NCBI GenBank assembly: GCA_965655095.1
Contig: OZ296649.1
Span: 36,518,001-36,582,000 of the forward strand
Length of the DNA stretch: 64,000 nucleotides
Direction of reading: 5' to 3'
Origin: Haplodiscus bocki
Taxonomy: Eukaryota
Shown: piece by piece, positions 34,257-48,800 of the stretch
Position numbering within the stretch: position 1 is the stretch's first letter
How the letters are laid out: every line of letters starts with the position of its first letter
Notes under the pieces: generated by a model
The model's database searches: none
Told to the model about the DNA's origin: nothing
The model's input: the letters and a program-made list of their open reading frames with translations, nothing else
Made by a program: the position numbers and the translations under genes

Positions 34257-36943
34257 CGTTTTAATCGTTTCCTCCTTATAACCTGAAACATAAGGCTTTC
34301 ACTTAGATGGAATTATTTGAAAGATGGCAGTTCGAACCCTGTTTCATAGTTGCAATCAACTTTTCTCGCCTTGTAGTAGAAGTTTGTTTACCTTTTGGTT
34401 GATAATTTCAAAGTTTGCAGAAACTTTTCAAGTATTTATTCTCAAACCACGTACTTAGCATTTGAACTTCATATTATCACCAATGAAGAAAAAGAAAAAT
34501 CTTTGAATGTTGACTTACATGGCATCCCGATTTGGCTAGCTGTATTACTTTTGGGTAGCAGTATGACTTTCGTTAGCCGTATAACTTCCCGTAGCTGTAT
34601 GGGTTCCCGTAGCTGTATGAAATTTGGGTAGCTGTATCCCTTTTGTCTAGCTGTATAAATTTTGTATAGCTGTATAACTTTTGGGTAGATGTCTGACTCT
34701 TGTATAGCTACTTGTGTAACTATTGTGTAGGTAATGTTTTTAGGGCTGAAGAAAGCTGGCGGTTTTGAAAATCAGGTTATGTTAGGTTAAGAATGCTTGC
34801 ATTGGTTACATTGGTTAGGTTACATATTGACTTTAAGGAAGAAGCACCGTCCAAAATTGAATAGAGTAAAGTTAGTAGATGCGCGGATGGACGCTTCTTC
34901 TTCAACTAGGTCGCTAAGTAAATAAACTTGAAATACCAGTAGTCTAGCCTAGGCTAGATGTCAATTTTGTTTACAAGCCGGGATTCACCCGCGAAATACC
35001 AGTTTTGGTCCAGGGATTCACCCGCGAAAAGATTGACATAATCTTAGGATTGGGGTGCGAAAAACCATGTGAATCCCTATACTACTCACATCGTTTCAAG
35101 TGTTCAGAAGTTTCCCGGTTTGAAGTCGCAGAGCATCTAAGCTCTGAATCGGAAATTATCCGCGATTTCCTGAGCTTCTGTAGAAAGTGCCGTTCCTATT
35201 TCGAGACAGATTTGATTTTCAGGTGAAAAATTTTCTTCGAGGTTAAATAATTACTAACGTCACTTCGCGTTTTTTTTCTCTTTACTAAACTAAGAAATAA
35301 TGTGCTTGTAAAAATGGGTTGTGTCTTCTACCCAGATGTAGTAACTTACTCCTAAGTTTTAGGAATTTTTGGAAAATTTTTTGGTGAATAGAACATTATT
35401 TAATTCTTTAGTGAATAAAGTGAACTACTTGTTTGTCATTTGAACGAAATTTTTGGGATCGTTTTATGATTTTTTCCTGTTCTGACTACATTGGTATACT
35501 CAAATAATGCTGCATTAAATTTGAATTAAAAGTCAGCTTTGACAAGAAATAATTCGAAAACTATTTGCATTAGACGAAAGTCATCGAAACTAAAGATTCC
35601 TAAATTTTGCAAACAACTGTTTTAGTTATAGTTTCAACTTTTGTTCTGAAGTCTATTAACTCTTCTAAAAAAACAGAAAAAAAATTTTCTATTTAAGTCG
35701 TTCTTTTGAGGTGCTTTTTTTGATGACAACCGACTGGATTAAATCCATCAGACGCGGACTCAAACTACTCGCTGCCTATAACTTCTGAAAAGGAGCCCAG
35801 ATAATGTTTTTCAACCTTAGTCGCGTATTATCTGAACCTGTGTCTCGAAAATATTGCAGCTTTTCCTGAACGTACTGTTCGTCGAATTTGTGTTTTTTCA
35901 TGACTAATTTCGGAGTTTGTCAGATCATGGCCGATTCGCTTTATGTCTCGCTGGATGACTTCCGAAGTATCCGAAACGGATTTTTTCAAACTTTCGACGA
36001 ATTTTTAGGTTTCAATTAATTTAGGTTTTTTGTCGGACTAGTCTGCAATGAGTCTTCATCGCATTCTGTCTGTTGTTTAATACACGAGCGAGAAAGTGGA
36101 GCGAAGTAGTTCACGGACGGCTTTCGTTTTTTCCCGTTGTGCGTCTCCACTTCGAATTTCTGTTAAATTCTTGGTCACACAGAATTTGCTAATGCGCTTT
36201 CTTTCTTAGAAATCATCCTTCAATCCGCTCCACGACCTGTCGTAAAGTTCTTCAACTGCACGTGGCCTAATAATCATCTTTTTTTGGTTCAAATAAACTA
36301 CAGTTCTTTTGAAATGGCTTTTGATTACCAAATTAGTAATCGGAGACGGATTTTTTTGGTCGTGTTTTGCCAAAGGTTGTTTACTTGAAAACTGATGAAG
36401 TCCAAATAATTCCAGCTTTACACAACACAGATCGAGTGAGAGCCGGTATAAGAGCCCCGAGGATGACAATACTAGGTGTTGTGCGGTTCCGGAAACACCA
36501 TGAAGGTGACCTTTGTGACAGTTATCTGTCTTGTTTTTTGGTTTTGAAATGATGATATGAAACTAGCACAGATTACAGACGAATATTAACAAGATTAATC
36601 GATGAAAAAACAGGAATGAAAACCGTCCTGGAGCGTTATAGATGGTTGGGTATGGCTTTATTATCCAAAAAAATTACCGTCTACAGGATATCTTAACTCC
36701 TAATAATTTCAATTGAATAACTAATCAGGAAATAATTTATAGGACTTGATTCATTTCCGACGTTGTGGTAGGCAGGCAATGCAATTAGTCATCTGTAAAA
36801 GGACCATTCAAAGTTGCCAAAAGACTCGATTTTTAAGTTGAAGGTTGCCAGGGGAGTTGTTGAAAAAAAATGATTAGGTGAACATATAAATAAATTGAGC
36901 TTGACACTTACAAAAGATGTACAGATCCGAAGTAGCCATTAAA

Positions 36944-37382
36944 TCAGTCCGTAAATTGAACGGCATCAAGTTTTTGAAGCACATAGCATATAGCGCAAGC
37001 TAAGTTCAGGTGATATCTATTGAAATCTCCCTTGGTGCTTAAAACACAATCTTCGATTCCTGCCGATCGTAGAAGGTTTTTTGCAATTGGATGGCCTTCC
37101 ATTCCTACTCCCTCCGGTGCAGGGTTGATAATGACCTTCACATGTTCACACTTTGCCGTTACCCTGAATGGGACTGTTCTCAAATTGCCGTACACCCAGC
37201 TTCCGCGTACCACTCTGAATTTTTTCACAAAAGCGGTGGTTGTTGCCCCACTGATTGCCAGCTCTTTAGTCTTCTTGGTTTTTTTGACCCTTCCCGAACC
37301 AGCCATCTTTGTCACCTCTCGCCACGACAGCTTTGTATCTGGTTCTTATAGTCCCGTCAGGTCGCATATTTTGTAAAGGCAT
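36944..37382 (-). pseudogene. uS5-like copy 3 (+1 frameshift)
   Basis: Same homopolymer frameshift. Confidence 0.8.
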
Positions 37383-40058
37383 CGTTTTAATAATTTCCTC
37401 CTTATAACCTGAAACATAAGGCTTTCACTCAGATGGAATTATTTGAAAGATGGCAGTTCGAACCCTGTTTCATAGTTGCAATCAACTTTTCTCGCCTTGT
37501 AGTAGAAGTTTGTTTACCTTTTGGTTGATAATTTCAAAGTTTGCAGAAACTTTTCAAGTATTTATTCTCAAACCACGTACTTAGCATTTGAACTTCATAT
37601 TATCACCAATGAAGAAAAAGAAAAATCTTTGAATGTTGACTTACATGGCATCCCGATTTGGCTAGCTGTATTACTTTTGGGTAGCAGTATGACTTTCGTT
37701 AGCCGTATGACTTCCCGTAGCTGTATGGGTTCCCGTAGCTGTATGACTTTTGGGTAGCTGTATCACTTTTGTCTAGCTGTATAAATTTTGTGTAGCTGTA
37801 TAACTTTTGGGAAGATGTCTGACTCTTGTATAGCTACCTGTGTAACTATTGTGTAGGTAATGTTTCTAGGGTTGAAGAAAGCTGGCGGTTTTGAAAATCA
37901 GGTTATTAGGTTAAGAATGCTTGCATTGGTGTTTACATATTGACTTTAAGGAAGAAGCACCGTCCAAAATTGAATAGAGTAAAGTTAGTAGATGCGCGGA
38001 TGGACGCTTCTTCTTCAACTAGGTCGCTAATTAAATAAACTCGAAATACCAGTAGTCTTGCCTAGGCTAGATGTCAATTTTGTTTACAAGCCAGGATTCA
38101 CCCGCGAAATACCAGTTTTGGTCCAGGGATTCACCCGCGAAAAGATTGACATTGACATAATCTTAGGATTGGGGTGCGAAAAACCATGTGAATCCCTATA
38201 CTACTCACATCGTTTCAAGTGTTCAGAAGTTTCCCGGTTTGAAGTCGCAGAGCATCTAAGCTCTGAATCGGAAATTATCCGCGATTTCCTGAGCTTCTAT
38301 AGAAAGTGCCGTTCCTATTTCCAAACAGATTTGATTTTCAGGTGAAAAATTTTCTTCGAGGTTAAATAATTACTAACGTCACTTCGCGTTTTTTTTCTCT
38401 TTACTAAACTAAGGAATAATGTGCTTGTAAAAATGGGTTGTGTCTTCTACCCAGATGTAGTAACTTACTCCTAAGTTTTAGGAATTTTTGGAAAATTATT
38501 TGGTGAATAGAACATTATTTAATTCTTTAGTGAATAAAGTGAACTACTTGTTTGTCATTTAAACGAAATTTTTGGGATCGTTTTATGATTTTATCATGTT
38601 CTGACTACATTGGTATACTCAAATAGTGCTGCATTAAATTTGAATTAAAAGTCAGCTTTGACAAGAAATAATTCGAAAACTATTTGCATTAGACGAAAGT
38701 CATCGAAACTAAAGATTCCTAAATTTTGCAAACAACTGTTTTAGTTATAGTTTCAACTTTTGTTCTGAAGTCTATTAACTCTTCTAAAAAAAAACAGAAA
38801 AAATTTTCTATTTAAGTCGTTCTTTTGAGGTGCTTTCTTTGATGACAACCGACTGGATTAAATCCATCAGACGCGGACTCAAACTACTCGCTGCCTATAA
38901 CTTCTGAAAAGGAGCCCAGATAATGTTTTTCAACCTTAGTCGCGTATTATCTGAACCTGTGTCTCGAAAATATTGCAGCTTTTCCTGAACGTATTGTTCG
39001 TCGAATTTGTGTTTTTTCATGACTAATTTCGGAGTTTGTCAGATCATGGCCGATTCGCTTTATGTCTCGCTGGATGACTTCCGAAGTATCCGAAACGGAT
39101 TTTTTCAAACTTTCGACGAATTTGTAGGTTTCAATTAATTTAGGTTTTTTGTCGGACGAGTCTGCAATGAGTCTTCATCGCATTCTGTCTGTTGTTTAAT
39201 ACACGAGCGAGAAAGTGGAGCGAAGTAGTTCATGGACGGCTTTCGTTTTTTCCCGTTGTGCGTCTCCACTTTGAATTTCTGTTAAATTCTTGGTCACACA
39301 GAATTTGCTAATGCGCTTTCTTTCTTAGAAATCATCCTTCAATCCGCTCCACGACCTGTCGTAAAGTTCTTCAACTGCACGTGGCCTAATAATCATCTTT
39401 TTTTGGTTCAAATAAACTACAGTTCTTTTGAAATGGCTTTTGATTACCAAATTAGTAATCGGAGACGGATTTTTTTGGTCGTGTTTTGCCAAAGGTTGTT
39501 TACTTGAAAACTGATGAAGTCCAAATAATTCCAGCTTTACACAACACAGATCGAGTGAGAGCCGGTATAAGAGCCCCGAGGATGACAATACTAGGTGTTG
39601 TGCGGTTCCGGAAACACCATGAAGGTGACCTTTGTGACAGTTATCTGTCTTGTTTTTTGGTTTTGAAATGATGATCTGAAACTAGCACAGATTACAGACG
39701 AATATTAACAAGATTAATCGATGAAAAAACAGGAATGAAAACCGTCCTGGAGCGTTATAGATGGTTGGGTATGGCTTTATTATCCAAAAAAATTACCGTC
39801 TACAGGATATCTTAACTCCTAATAATTTCAATTGAATAACTAATCCGGAAATAATTTATAGGACTTGATTGATTTCTGACCTTGTGGTAGGCAGGCAATG
39901 CAAATAGTCATCTACAAAAAGGCCATTCAAAACTTCCAAAAACTCGATTTTTAAGTTGGTTGCTAGGGGAGTTGTTGAAAAAAAATGATTAGGTGAACAT
40001 ATAAATAAATTGAGCTTGACACTTACAAAAGATGTACAGATCCGAAGTATCCATTAAA

Positions 40059-40497
40059 TCAGTCCGTAAATTGAACGGCATCAAGTTTTTGAAGCACATA
40101 GCATATAGCGCAAGCTAAGTTCAGGTGATATCTATTGAAATCTCCCTTGGTGCTTAAAACACAATCTTCGATTCCTGCCGATCGTAGAAGGTTTTTTGCA
40201 ATTGGATGGCCTTCCATTCCTACTCCCTCCGGTGCAGGGTTGATAATGACCTTCACATGTTCACACTTTGCCGTTACCCTGAATGGGACTGTTCTCAAAT
40301 TGCCGTACACCCAGCTTCCGCGTACCACTCTGAATTTTTTCACAAAAGCGGTGGTTGTTGCCCCACTGATTGCCAGCTCTTTAGTCTTCTTGGTTTTTTT
40401 GACCGTTCCCGAACCAGCCATCTTTGTCACCTCACGCCACGACAGCTTTCTATCTGGTTCTTATAGTCCCGTCAGGTCGCATATTTTGTAAAGGCAT
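40059..40497 (-). pseudogene. uS5-like copy 4 (frameshift and TAG)
   Basis: RTRY codon TAC changed to TAG, plus the homopolymer frameshift. Confidence 0.8.
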
Positions 40498-42824
40498 CGT
40501 TTTAATCAATTCCTCCTTATAACCTGAAACATAAGGCTTTCACTCAGATGGAATTATTTGAAAGATGGCAGTTCGAACCCTGTTTCATAGTTGCAATCAA
40601 CTTTTCTCGCCTTGTAGTAGAAGTTTGTTTACCTTTTGCTTGATAATTTCAAAGTTTGCAGAAACTGTGTGACTATTGTGTTGGTAATATGTTTTTAGGG
40701 CTGAAGAAAGCTGGCGGTTTTGAAAATCAGGTTAGGTTAGGTTAAGAATCCTTGCATTGGTGTTTACATAATGACTTTAAAGAAGAAGCACCGTCCAAAT
40801 TTGAATGGAGTAAAGTTAGTAGATGCGCGGATGGATGCTTCTTCTTCAACTAGGTCGCTAAGTAAATAAACTTGAAATACCAGTAGTCTAGCCTAGGCTA
40901 GATGTCAATTTTGTTTACAAGCCGGGATTCACCCGCGAAATACCAGTTTTGGTCCAGGGATTCACCCGCGAAAAGGTTGACATAATCTTAGGATTGGGGT
41001 GCGAAAAACCATGTGAATCCCTATACTACTCACATCGTTTCAAGTGTTCAGAAGTTTCCCGGTTTGAAGTCGCAGAGCATCTAAGCTCTGAATCGGAAAT
41101 TATCCGCGATTTCCTGAGCTTCTTTAGAAAGTGCCGTTCCTATTTCGAGACAGATTTGATTTTCAGGTGAAAAATTTTCTTCGAGGTTAAATAATTACTA
41201 ACGTCACTTCGCGTTTTTTACTAAACGTCACTCTTTACTAAACTAACAAATAATGTGCTTGTAAAAACGGGTTGTGTCTTCCGCCCAGATGTGGTAACTT
41301 ACTCCTAAGTTATAGGAGTTTTCGGAAAATTATTTGGTGAATAGAACTTTATTTAATTCTCTAGTGAATAAAGTGAACTACTTGTTTGTCATTTAAACGA
41401 AATTTTTGGGATCGTTTTATGATTTTATCATGTTCTGACTACATTGGTATACTCAAATAGTGCTGCATAATATTTGAAATAAAAGTCAGCTTTGACAAGA
41501 AAAAATTCGAAAACTATTTGCATTAGACGAAAGTCATCGAAACTAAAGATTCCTAAACTTTGCAAACAATTGATTTAGTTATAGTTTCAACTTTTGTTCC
41601 GAAGTCTATTAACTCTTTTAAAAAAACAGAAAAAAAGTTCCTATTTAAGTCGTTCTTTTGAGGTGCTTTTCTTGATGACAACCGACTGGATTACAACCTT
41701 AGTCGCGTATTATCTGAACCTGTGTCTCGAAAATATTGCAGCTTTTCCTGAACGTATTGTTCGTCGAAGTTGTGTTTTTTCATGACTAATTTCGGAGTTT
41801 GTCAGATCATGGCCGATTCGCTTTATGTCTCGCTGGATGACTTCCGAAGTATCCGAAACGGATTTTTTCAAACTTTCTCTCGACGAATTTCTAGGTTTCA
41901 ATTAATTTAGGTTTTTTGTCGGACGAGTTTGCAATGAGTCTTCATCGCATTCTGTCTCTGTTGTTTAATACACGAGCGAGAAAGTGAAGCGAAGTGTTTC
42001 ACGGACGGCTTTCGTTTTTTCCCGTTGTGCGTCTCCATTTTGAATTTCTGTTAAATTCTTGGTCACACAGAAGTTGCTAATGCGCTTTCTTTCTTAGAAA
42101 TCATCCTTCAATCCGCTCCACGACCTGTCGTAAAGTTCTTCAACTGCACGTGGCCTAATAATCATCTTTTTTTGGTTCAAATAAACTACAGTTCTTTTGA
42201 AATGGCTTTTGATTACCAAATTAGTAATCGGAGACGGATTTTTTTGGTCGTGTTTTGCCAAAGGTTGTTTACTTGAAAACTGATGAAGTCCAAATAATTC
42301 CAGCTTTACACAACACAGATCGAGTGAGAGCCGGTATGAGCCCCGAGGATGACAATACTAGGTGTTGTGCGGTTCCGGAAACACCATGAAGGTGACCTTT
42401 GTGACAGTTATCTGTCTTGTTTTTTGGTTTTGAAATGATGATCTGAAACTAGCACAGATTACAGACGAATATTAACAAGATTAATCGATAAAAAAACAGG
42501 ATTGAAAACCGTCCTGGAGCGTTATAGATGGTTGGGTATGGCTTTATTATCCAAAAAAATTACCGTCTACAGGATATCTTAACTCCTAATAATTTCAATT
42601 GAATAACTAATCAGGAAATAATTTATAGGACTTGATTGATTCTGACCTTGTGGTAGGCAGGCAATGCAAATAGTCATCTACAAAAAGGCCATTCAAAAGT
42701 TCCAAAAACTCGATTTTTAAGTTGGTTGCTAGGGGAGTTGTTGAAAAAAAATGATTAGGTGAACATATAAATAAATTGAGCTTGACACTTACAAAAGATG
42801 TACAGATCCGAAGTATCCATTAAA

Positions 42825-43263
42825 TCAGTCCGTAAATTGAACGGCATCAAGTTTTTGAAGCACATAGCATATAGCGCAAGCTAAGTTCAGGTGATATCTA
42901 TTGAAATCTCCCTTGGTGCTTAAAACACAATCTTCGATTCCTGCCGATCGTAGAAGGTTTTTTGCAATTGGATGGCCTTCCATTCCTACTCCCTCCGGTG
43001 CAGGGTTGATAATGACCTTCACATCTTCACACTTTGCCGTTACCCTGAATGGGACTGTTCTCAAATTGCCCTACACCCAGCTTCCGCGTACCACTCTGAA
43101 TTTTTTCACAAAAGCGGTGGTTGTTGCCCCACTGATTGCCAGCTCTTTAGTCTTCTTGGTTTTTTTGACCGTTCCCGAACCAGCCATCTTTGTCACCTCA
43201 CGCCACGACAGCTTTCTATCTGGTTCTTATAGTCCCGTCAGGTCGCATATTTTGTAAAGGCAT
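42825..43263 (-). pseudogene. uS5-like copy 5 (frameshift and two stops)
   Basis: As copy 4, plus TAG at WVY. Confidence 0.8.
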
Positions 43264-45599
43264 CGTTTTAATCAATTCCTCCTTATAACCTGAAACATAA
43301 GGCTTTCACTCAGATGGAATTATTTGAAAGATGGCAGTTCGAACCCTGTTTCATAGTTGCAATCAACTTTTCTCGCCTTTTAGTAGAAGTTTGTTTACCT
43401 TTTGGTTGATAATTGCAAAGTTTGCAGAAACTGTGTGACTATTGTGTAGGTAATATGTTTTTAGGGCTGAAAAAAGCTGGCGGTTTTGAAAATCAGGTTA
43501 GGTTAGGTTAGGTTAAGAATGCTTGCATTGGTGTTTACATAATGACTTTAAAGAAGAAGCACCGTCCAAATTTGAATAGAGTAAAGTTAGTAGATGCGCG
43601 GATGGACGCTTCTTCTTCAACTAGGTCGCTAAGTAAATAAACTTGAAATACCAGTAGTCTAGCCTAGGCTAGATGTCAATTTTGTTTACAAACCGGGATT
43701 CACCCGCGAAATACCAGTTTTGGTCCAGGGATTCACCCGCGAAAAGATTGACATAATCTTAGGATTGGGGTGCGAAAAACCATGTGAATCCCTATACTAC
43801 TCACATCGTTTCAAGTGTTCAGAAGTTTCCCGGTTTGAAGTCGCAGAGCATCTAAGCTCTGAATCGGAAATTATCCGCGATTTCCTGAGCTTCTTTAGAA
43901 AGTGCCGTTCCTATTTCGAGACAGATTTGATTTTCAGGTGAAAAATTTTCTTCGAGGTTAAATAATTACTAACGTCACTTCGCGTTTTTTACTAAACGTC
44001 ACTCTTTACTAAACTAACAAATAATGTGCTTGTAAAAACGGGTTGTGTCTTCCGCCCAGATGTGGTAACTTACTCCTAAGTTATAGGAGTTTTCGGAAAA
44101 TTATTTGGTGAATAGAACTTTATTTAATTCTCTAGTGAATAAAGTGAACTACTTGTTTGTCATTTAAACGAAATTTTTGGGATCGTTTTATGATTTTATC
44201 ATGTTCTGACTACATTGGTATACTCAAATAGTGCTGCATAATATTTGAAATAAAAGTCAGCTTTGACAAGAAAAAATTCGAAAACTATTTGCATTAGACG
44301 AAAGTCATCGAAACTAAAGATTCCTAAACTTTGCAAACAATTGATTTAGTTATAGTTTCAACTTTTGTTCCGAAGTCTATTAACTCTTGTAAAAAAACAG
44401 AAAAAAAGTTCCTATTTAAGTCGTTCTTTTGAGGTGCTTTTCTTGATGACAACCGACTGGATTACAACCTTAGTCGCGTATTATCTGAACCTGTGTCTCG
44501 AAAATATTGCAGCTTTTCCTGAACGTATTGTTCGTCGAAGTTGTGTTTTTTCATGACTAATTTCGGAGTTTGTCAGATCATGGCCGATTCGCTTTATGTC
44601 TCGCTGGATGACTTCCGAAGTATCCGAAACGGATTTTTTCAAACTTTCTCTCGACGAATTTCTAGGTTTCAATTAATTTAGGTTTTTTGTCGGACGAGTT
44701 TGCAATGAGTCTTCATCGCATTCTGTCTCTGTTGTTTAATACACGAGCGAGAGAGTGAAGCGAAGTGTTTCACGGACGGCTTTCGTTTTTTCCCGTTGTG
44801 CGTCTCCATTTTGAGTTTCTGTTAAATTCTTGGTCACACAGTTGCTAATGCGCTTTCTTTCTTAGAAATCATCCTTCAATCCGCTCCACGACCTGTCGTA
44901 AAGTTCTTCAGGTGCACGTGGCCTAATAATCATCTTTTTTTGGTTCAAATAAACTACAGTTCTTTTGAAATGGCTTTTGATTAGCAAATTAGTAATCGGA
45001 GACGGATTTTTTTGGTCGTGTTTTGCCAAAGGTTGTTTACTTGAAAACTGATGAAGTCCAAATAATTCCAGCTTTACACAACACAGATCGAGTGAGAGCC
45101 GGTATAAGAGCCCCGAGGATGACAATACTAGGTGTTGTGCGGTTCCGGAAACACCATGAAGGTGACCTTTGTGACAGTTATCTGTCTTGTTTTTTGGTTT
45201 TGAAATGATGATCTGAAACTAGCACAGATTACAGACGAATATTAACAAGATTAATCGATGAAAAAACAGGAATGAAAACCGTCCTGGAGCGTTATAGATG
45301 GTTGGGTATGGCTTTATTATCCAAAAAAATTACCGTCTACAGGATATCTTAACTCCTAATAATTTCAATTGAATAACTAATCAGGAAATAATTTATAGGA
45401 CTTGATTGATTTCTGACCTTGTGGTAGGCAGGCAATGCAAATAGTCATCTACAAAAAGGCCATTCAAAACTTCCAAAAACTCGATTTTTAAGTTGATGGT
45501 TGCTAGGGGAGTTGTTGAAAAAAAAATGATTAGGTGAACATATAAATAAATTGAGCTTGACACTTACAAAAGATGTACAGATCCGAAGTATCCATTAAA

Positions 45600-46037
45600 T
45601 CAGTCCGTAAATTGAACGGCATCAAGTTTTTGAAGCACATAGCATATAGCGCAAGCTAAGTTCAGGTGATATCTATTGAAATCTCCCTTGGTGCTTAAAA
45701 CACAATCTTCGATTCCTGCCGATCGTAGAAGGTTTTTTGCAATTGGATGGCCTTCCATTCCTACTCCCTCCGGTGCAGGGTTGATAATGACCTTCACATG
45801 TTCACACTTTGCCGTTACCCTGAATGGGACTGTTCTCAAATTGCCGTACACCCAGCTTCCGCGTACCACTCTGAATTTTTTCACAAAAGCGGTGGTTGTT
45901 GCCCCACTTATTGCCAGCTCTTTAGTCTTCTTGGTTTTTTGACCCTTCCCGAACCAGCCATCTTTGTCACCTATCGCCACGACAGCTTTGTGTCTGGTTC
46001 TTATAGTCCCGTCAGGTCGCATATTTTGTAAAGGCAT
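45600..46037 (-). CDS. uS5-like copy 6, intact ORF
   Basis: 145 codons from MPLQ. It reads VAIGDKDG, closer to RPS2 AIGD than copy 1. Confidence 0.85.
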   Translation of the reverse strand: MPLQNMRPDGTIRTRHKAVVAIGDKDGWFGKGQKTKKTKELAISGATTTAFVKKFRVVRGSWVYGNLRTVPFRVTAKCEHVKVIINPAPEGVGMEGHPIAKNLLRSAGIEDCVLSTKGDFNRYHLNLACAICYVLQKLDAVQFTD

Positions 46038-48360
46038 CGTTTTAATCAATTCCTCCTTATAACCTGAAACATAAGGCTTTCACTCAGATGGAATTATTTG
46101 AAAGATGGCAGTTCGAACCCTGTTTCATAGTTGCAATCAACTTTTCTCGCCTTTTAGTAGAAGTTTGTTTACCTTTTGGTTGATAATTTCAAAGTTTGCA
46201 GAAACTGTGTGACTATTGTGTAGGTAATATGTTTTTAGGGCTGAAAAAAGCTGGCGGTTTTGAAAATCAGGTTAGGTTAGGTTAAGAATGCTTGCATTGG
46301 TGTTTACATAATGACTTTAAAGAAGAAGCACCGTCCAAATTTGAATAGAGTAAAGTTAGTAGATGCGCGGATGGACGCTTCTTCTTCAACTAGGTCGCTA
46401 AGTAAATAAACTTGAAATACCAGTAGTCTAGCCTAGGCTAGATGTCATTTTTGTTTACAAGCCAGGATTCACCCGCGAAATACCAGTTTTGGTCCAGGGA
46501 TTCACCCGCGAAAAGATTGACATAATCTTAGGATTGGGGTGCGAATGACCATGTGAATCCCTATACTACTCACATCGTTTCAAGTGTTCAGAAGTTTCCC
46601 GGTTTGAAGTCGCAGAGCATGTAAGCTCTGAATCGGAAATTATCCGCGATTTCCTGAGCTTCTTTAGAAAGTGCCGTTCCTATTTCGAGACAGATTTGAT
46701 TTTCAGGTGAAAAATTTTCTTCGAGGTTAAATAATTACTAACATCACTTCGCGTTTTTTTCTCTTTACTACAGTAACAAATAATGTGCTTGTAAAAACGG
46801 GTTGTGTCTTCTGCCCAAATGTAGTAACTTACTCCTAAGTTATAGGAATTTTCGGAAAATTATTTGGTGAATAGAACATTATTTAATTCTCTAGTGAATA
46901 AAGTGAACTACTTGTTTGTCATTTAAACGAAATTTTTGGGATCGTTTTATGATTTTATCATGTTCTGACTACATTGGTATACTCAAATAGTGCTGCATAA
47001 TTTTTGAAATAAAAGTCAGCTTTGACAAGAAATAATTCGAAAACTAATTGCATTAGACGAAAGTCATCGAAACTAAAGATTCCTAAACTTTGCGAACAAT
47101 TGATTTAGTTATAGTTTCAACTTTTGTTCCGAAGTCTATTAACTCTTCTAAAAAAAACAGAAAAAAACTTCCTATTTAAGTCGATCTTTTGAGGTTTTTT
47201 TCTTGATGACAACCGACTGGATTACAACCTTAGTCGCGTATCATCTGAACCTGTGTCTCGAAAATATTGCAGCTTTTCCTCAACGTATTGTTCGTCGAAG
47301 TTGTGTTTTTTCATGACTAATTTCGGAGTTTGTCAGATCATGGCCGATTCGCTTTATGTCTCGCTGGATGACTTCCGAAGTATCCGAAACGGATTTTTTC
47401 AAACTTTCTTCCGACGAATTTCTAGGTTTCAATTAATCTAGGTTTTTTGTCGGACGAGTTTGCAATGAGTCTTCATCGCTTTCTGTCTCTGTTGTTTAAT
47501 ACACGAGCGAGAAAGTGAAGCGAAGTGTTTCACGGACGGCTTTCGTTTTTCCCGTTGTGCGTCTCCATTTTGAATTTCTGTTAAAGTCTTGGTCACACAG
47601 AAGTTGCTAATGCGCTTTCTTTCTTAGAAATCATCCTTCAATCCGCTCCACGAGCTGTCGTAAAGTTCTTCAAGTGCACGTGGCCTAATAATCATCTTTT
47701 TTTTTGGTTCAAATAAACTACAGTTCTTTTGAAAAGGCTTGTGATTACCAAATTACTAATCGGAGACGGATTTTTTTGGTCGTGTTTTGCCAAAGGTTGT
47801 TTACTTGAAAACTGATGAAGTCCAAATAAATCCAGCTTTACACAACACAGATCGAGTGAGAGCCGGTATAAGAGCCCCGAGGATGACAATACTAGGTGTT
47901 GTGCGGTTCCGGAATCACCATGAAAGTGACCTTTGTGACAGTTATGTCTAGTTTTTTGGTTTTGAAATGATGATCTGAAACTAGCACAGATTACAGATGA
48001 TCAATAACAAGATTAATCGATAAAAAAGAGGATTGAAAACCGTCCTGGAGCGTTATAGATAGTTGGGTATGGCTTTATTATCCAAAAAAATTACCGTCTA
48101 CAGGATATCTTAACTCCTAATAATTTCAATTGAATAACTAATCAGGAAATAATTTATAGGACTTGATTGATTTCCGACGTTGTGGTAGGCAGGCAATGCA
48201 AATAGTCATCTACAAAAGGACCATTCAAAACTGCCAAAAGACTCGATTTTTAAGTTGAAGGTTGCTAGGGGAGTTGTTGAAAAAAAATGATTAGGTGAAC
48301 ATATAAATAAATTGAGCTTGACACTTACAAAAGATGTACAGATCCGAAGTATCCATTAAA

Positions 48361-48800
48361 TCAGTCCGTAAAATGAACGGCATCAAGTTTTTGAAGCACA
48401 TAGCATATAGCACAAGCTAAGTTCAAGTGATATCTATTGAAATCTCACTTGGTGCTTAAAACACAATCTTCGATTCCTGCCGATCGTAGAAGGTTTTTTG
48501 CAATGGGATGGCCTTCCATTCCTACTCCCTCCGGTGCAGGGTTGATAATGACCTTCACATGTTCACGCTTTGCCGTTACCCTGAATGGGACTGTTCTCAA
48601 ATTGCCGTAGACCCATCTTCCGCGTACCACTCTGAATTTTTTCACAAAAGCGGTGGTTGTTGCCCCACTGATTGCCCGCTCTTTAGTCTTCTTGGTTTTT
48701 TTTGACCCTTCCCGAACCAGCCATCTTTGTCACCTCACGCCACGACAGCTTTCTATCTGGTTCTTATAGTCCCGTCAGGTCGCATATTTTGTAAAGGCAT
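48361..48800 (-). pseudogene. uS5-like copy 7
   Basis: 8-T run, TAG at RTRY, and GGA changed to TGA after STK. Confidence 0.8.

Larger units (their letters stand above)
29802..35086 (+). repeat. Duplicate of the Polinton right portion (23578-28875)
   Basis: Offset 6224 over pPolB; near-identical ORFs; ends in the TIR plus CACATC. Confidence 0.95.

Noticed and set aside
43495-43516. (TTAGG)n-like GGTTA pentamers as an interstitial telomere
   Set aside because: Only 2-4 units inside each repeat copy; too short to support.
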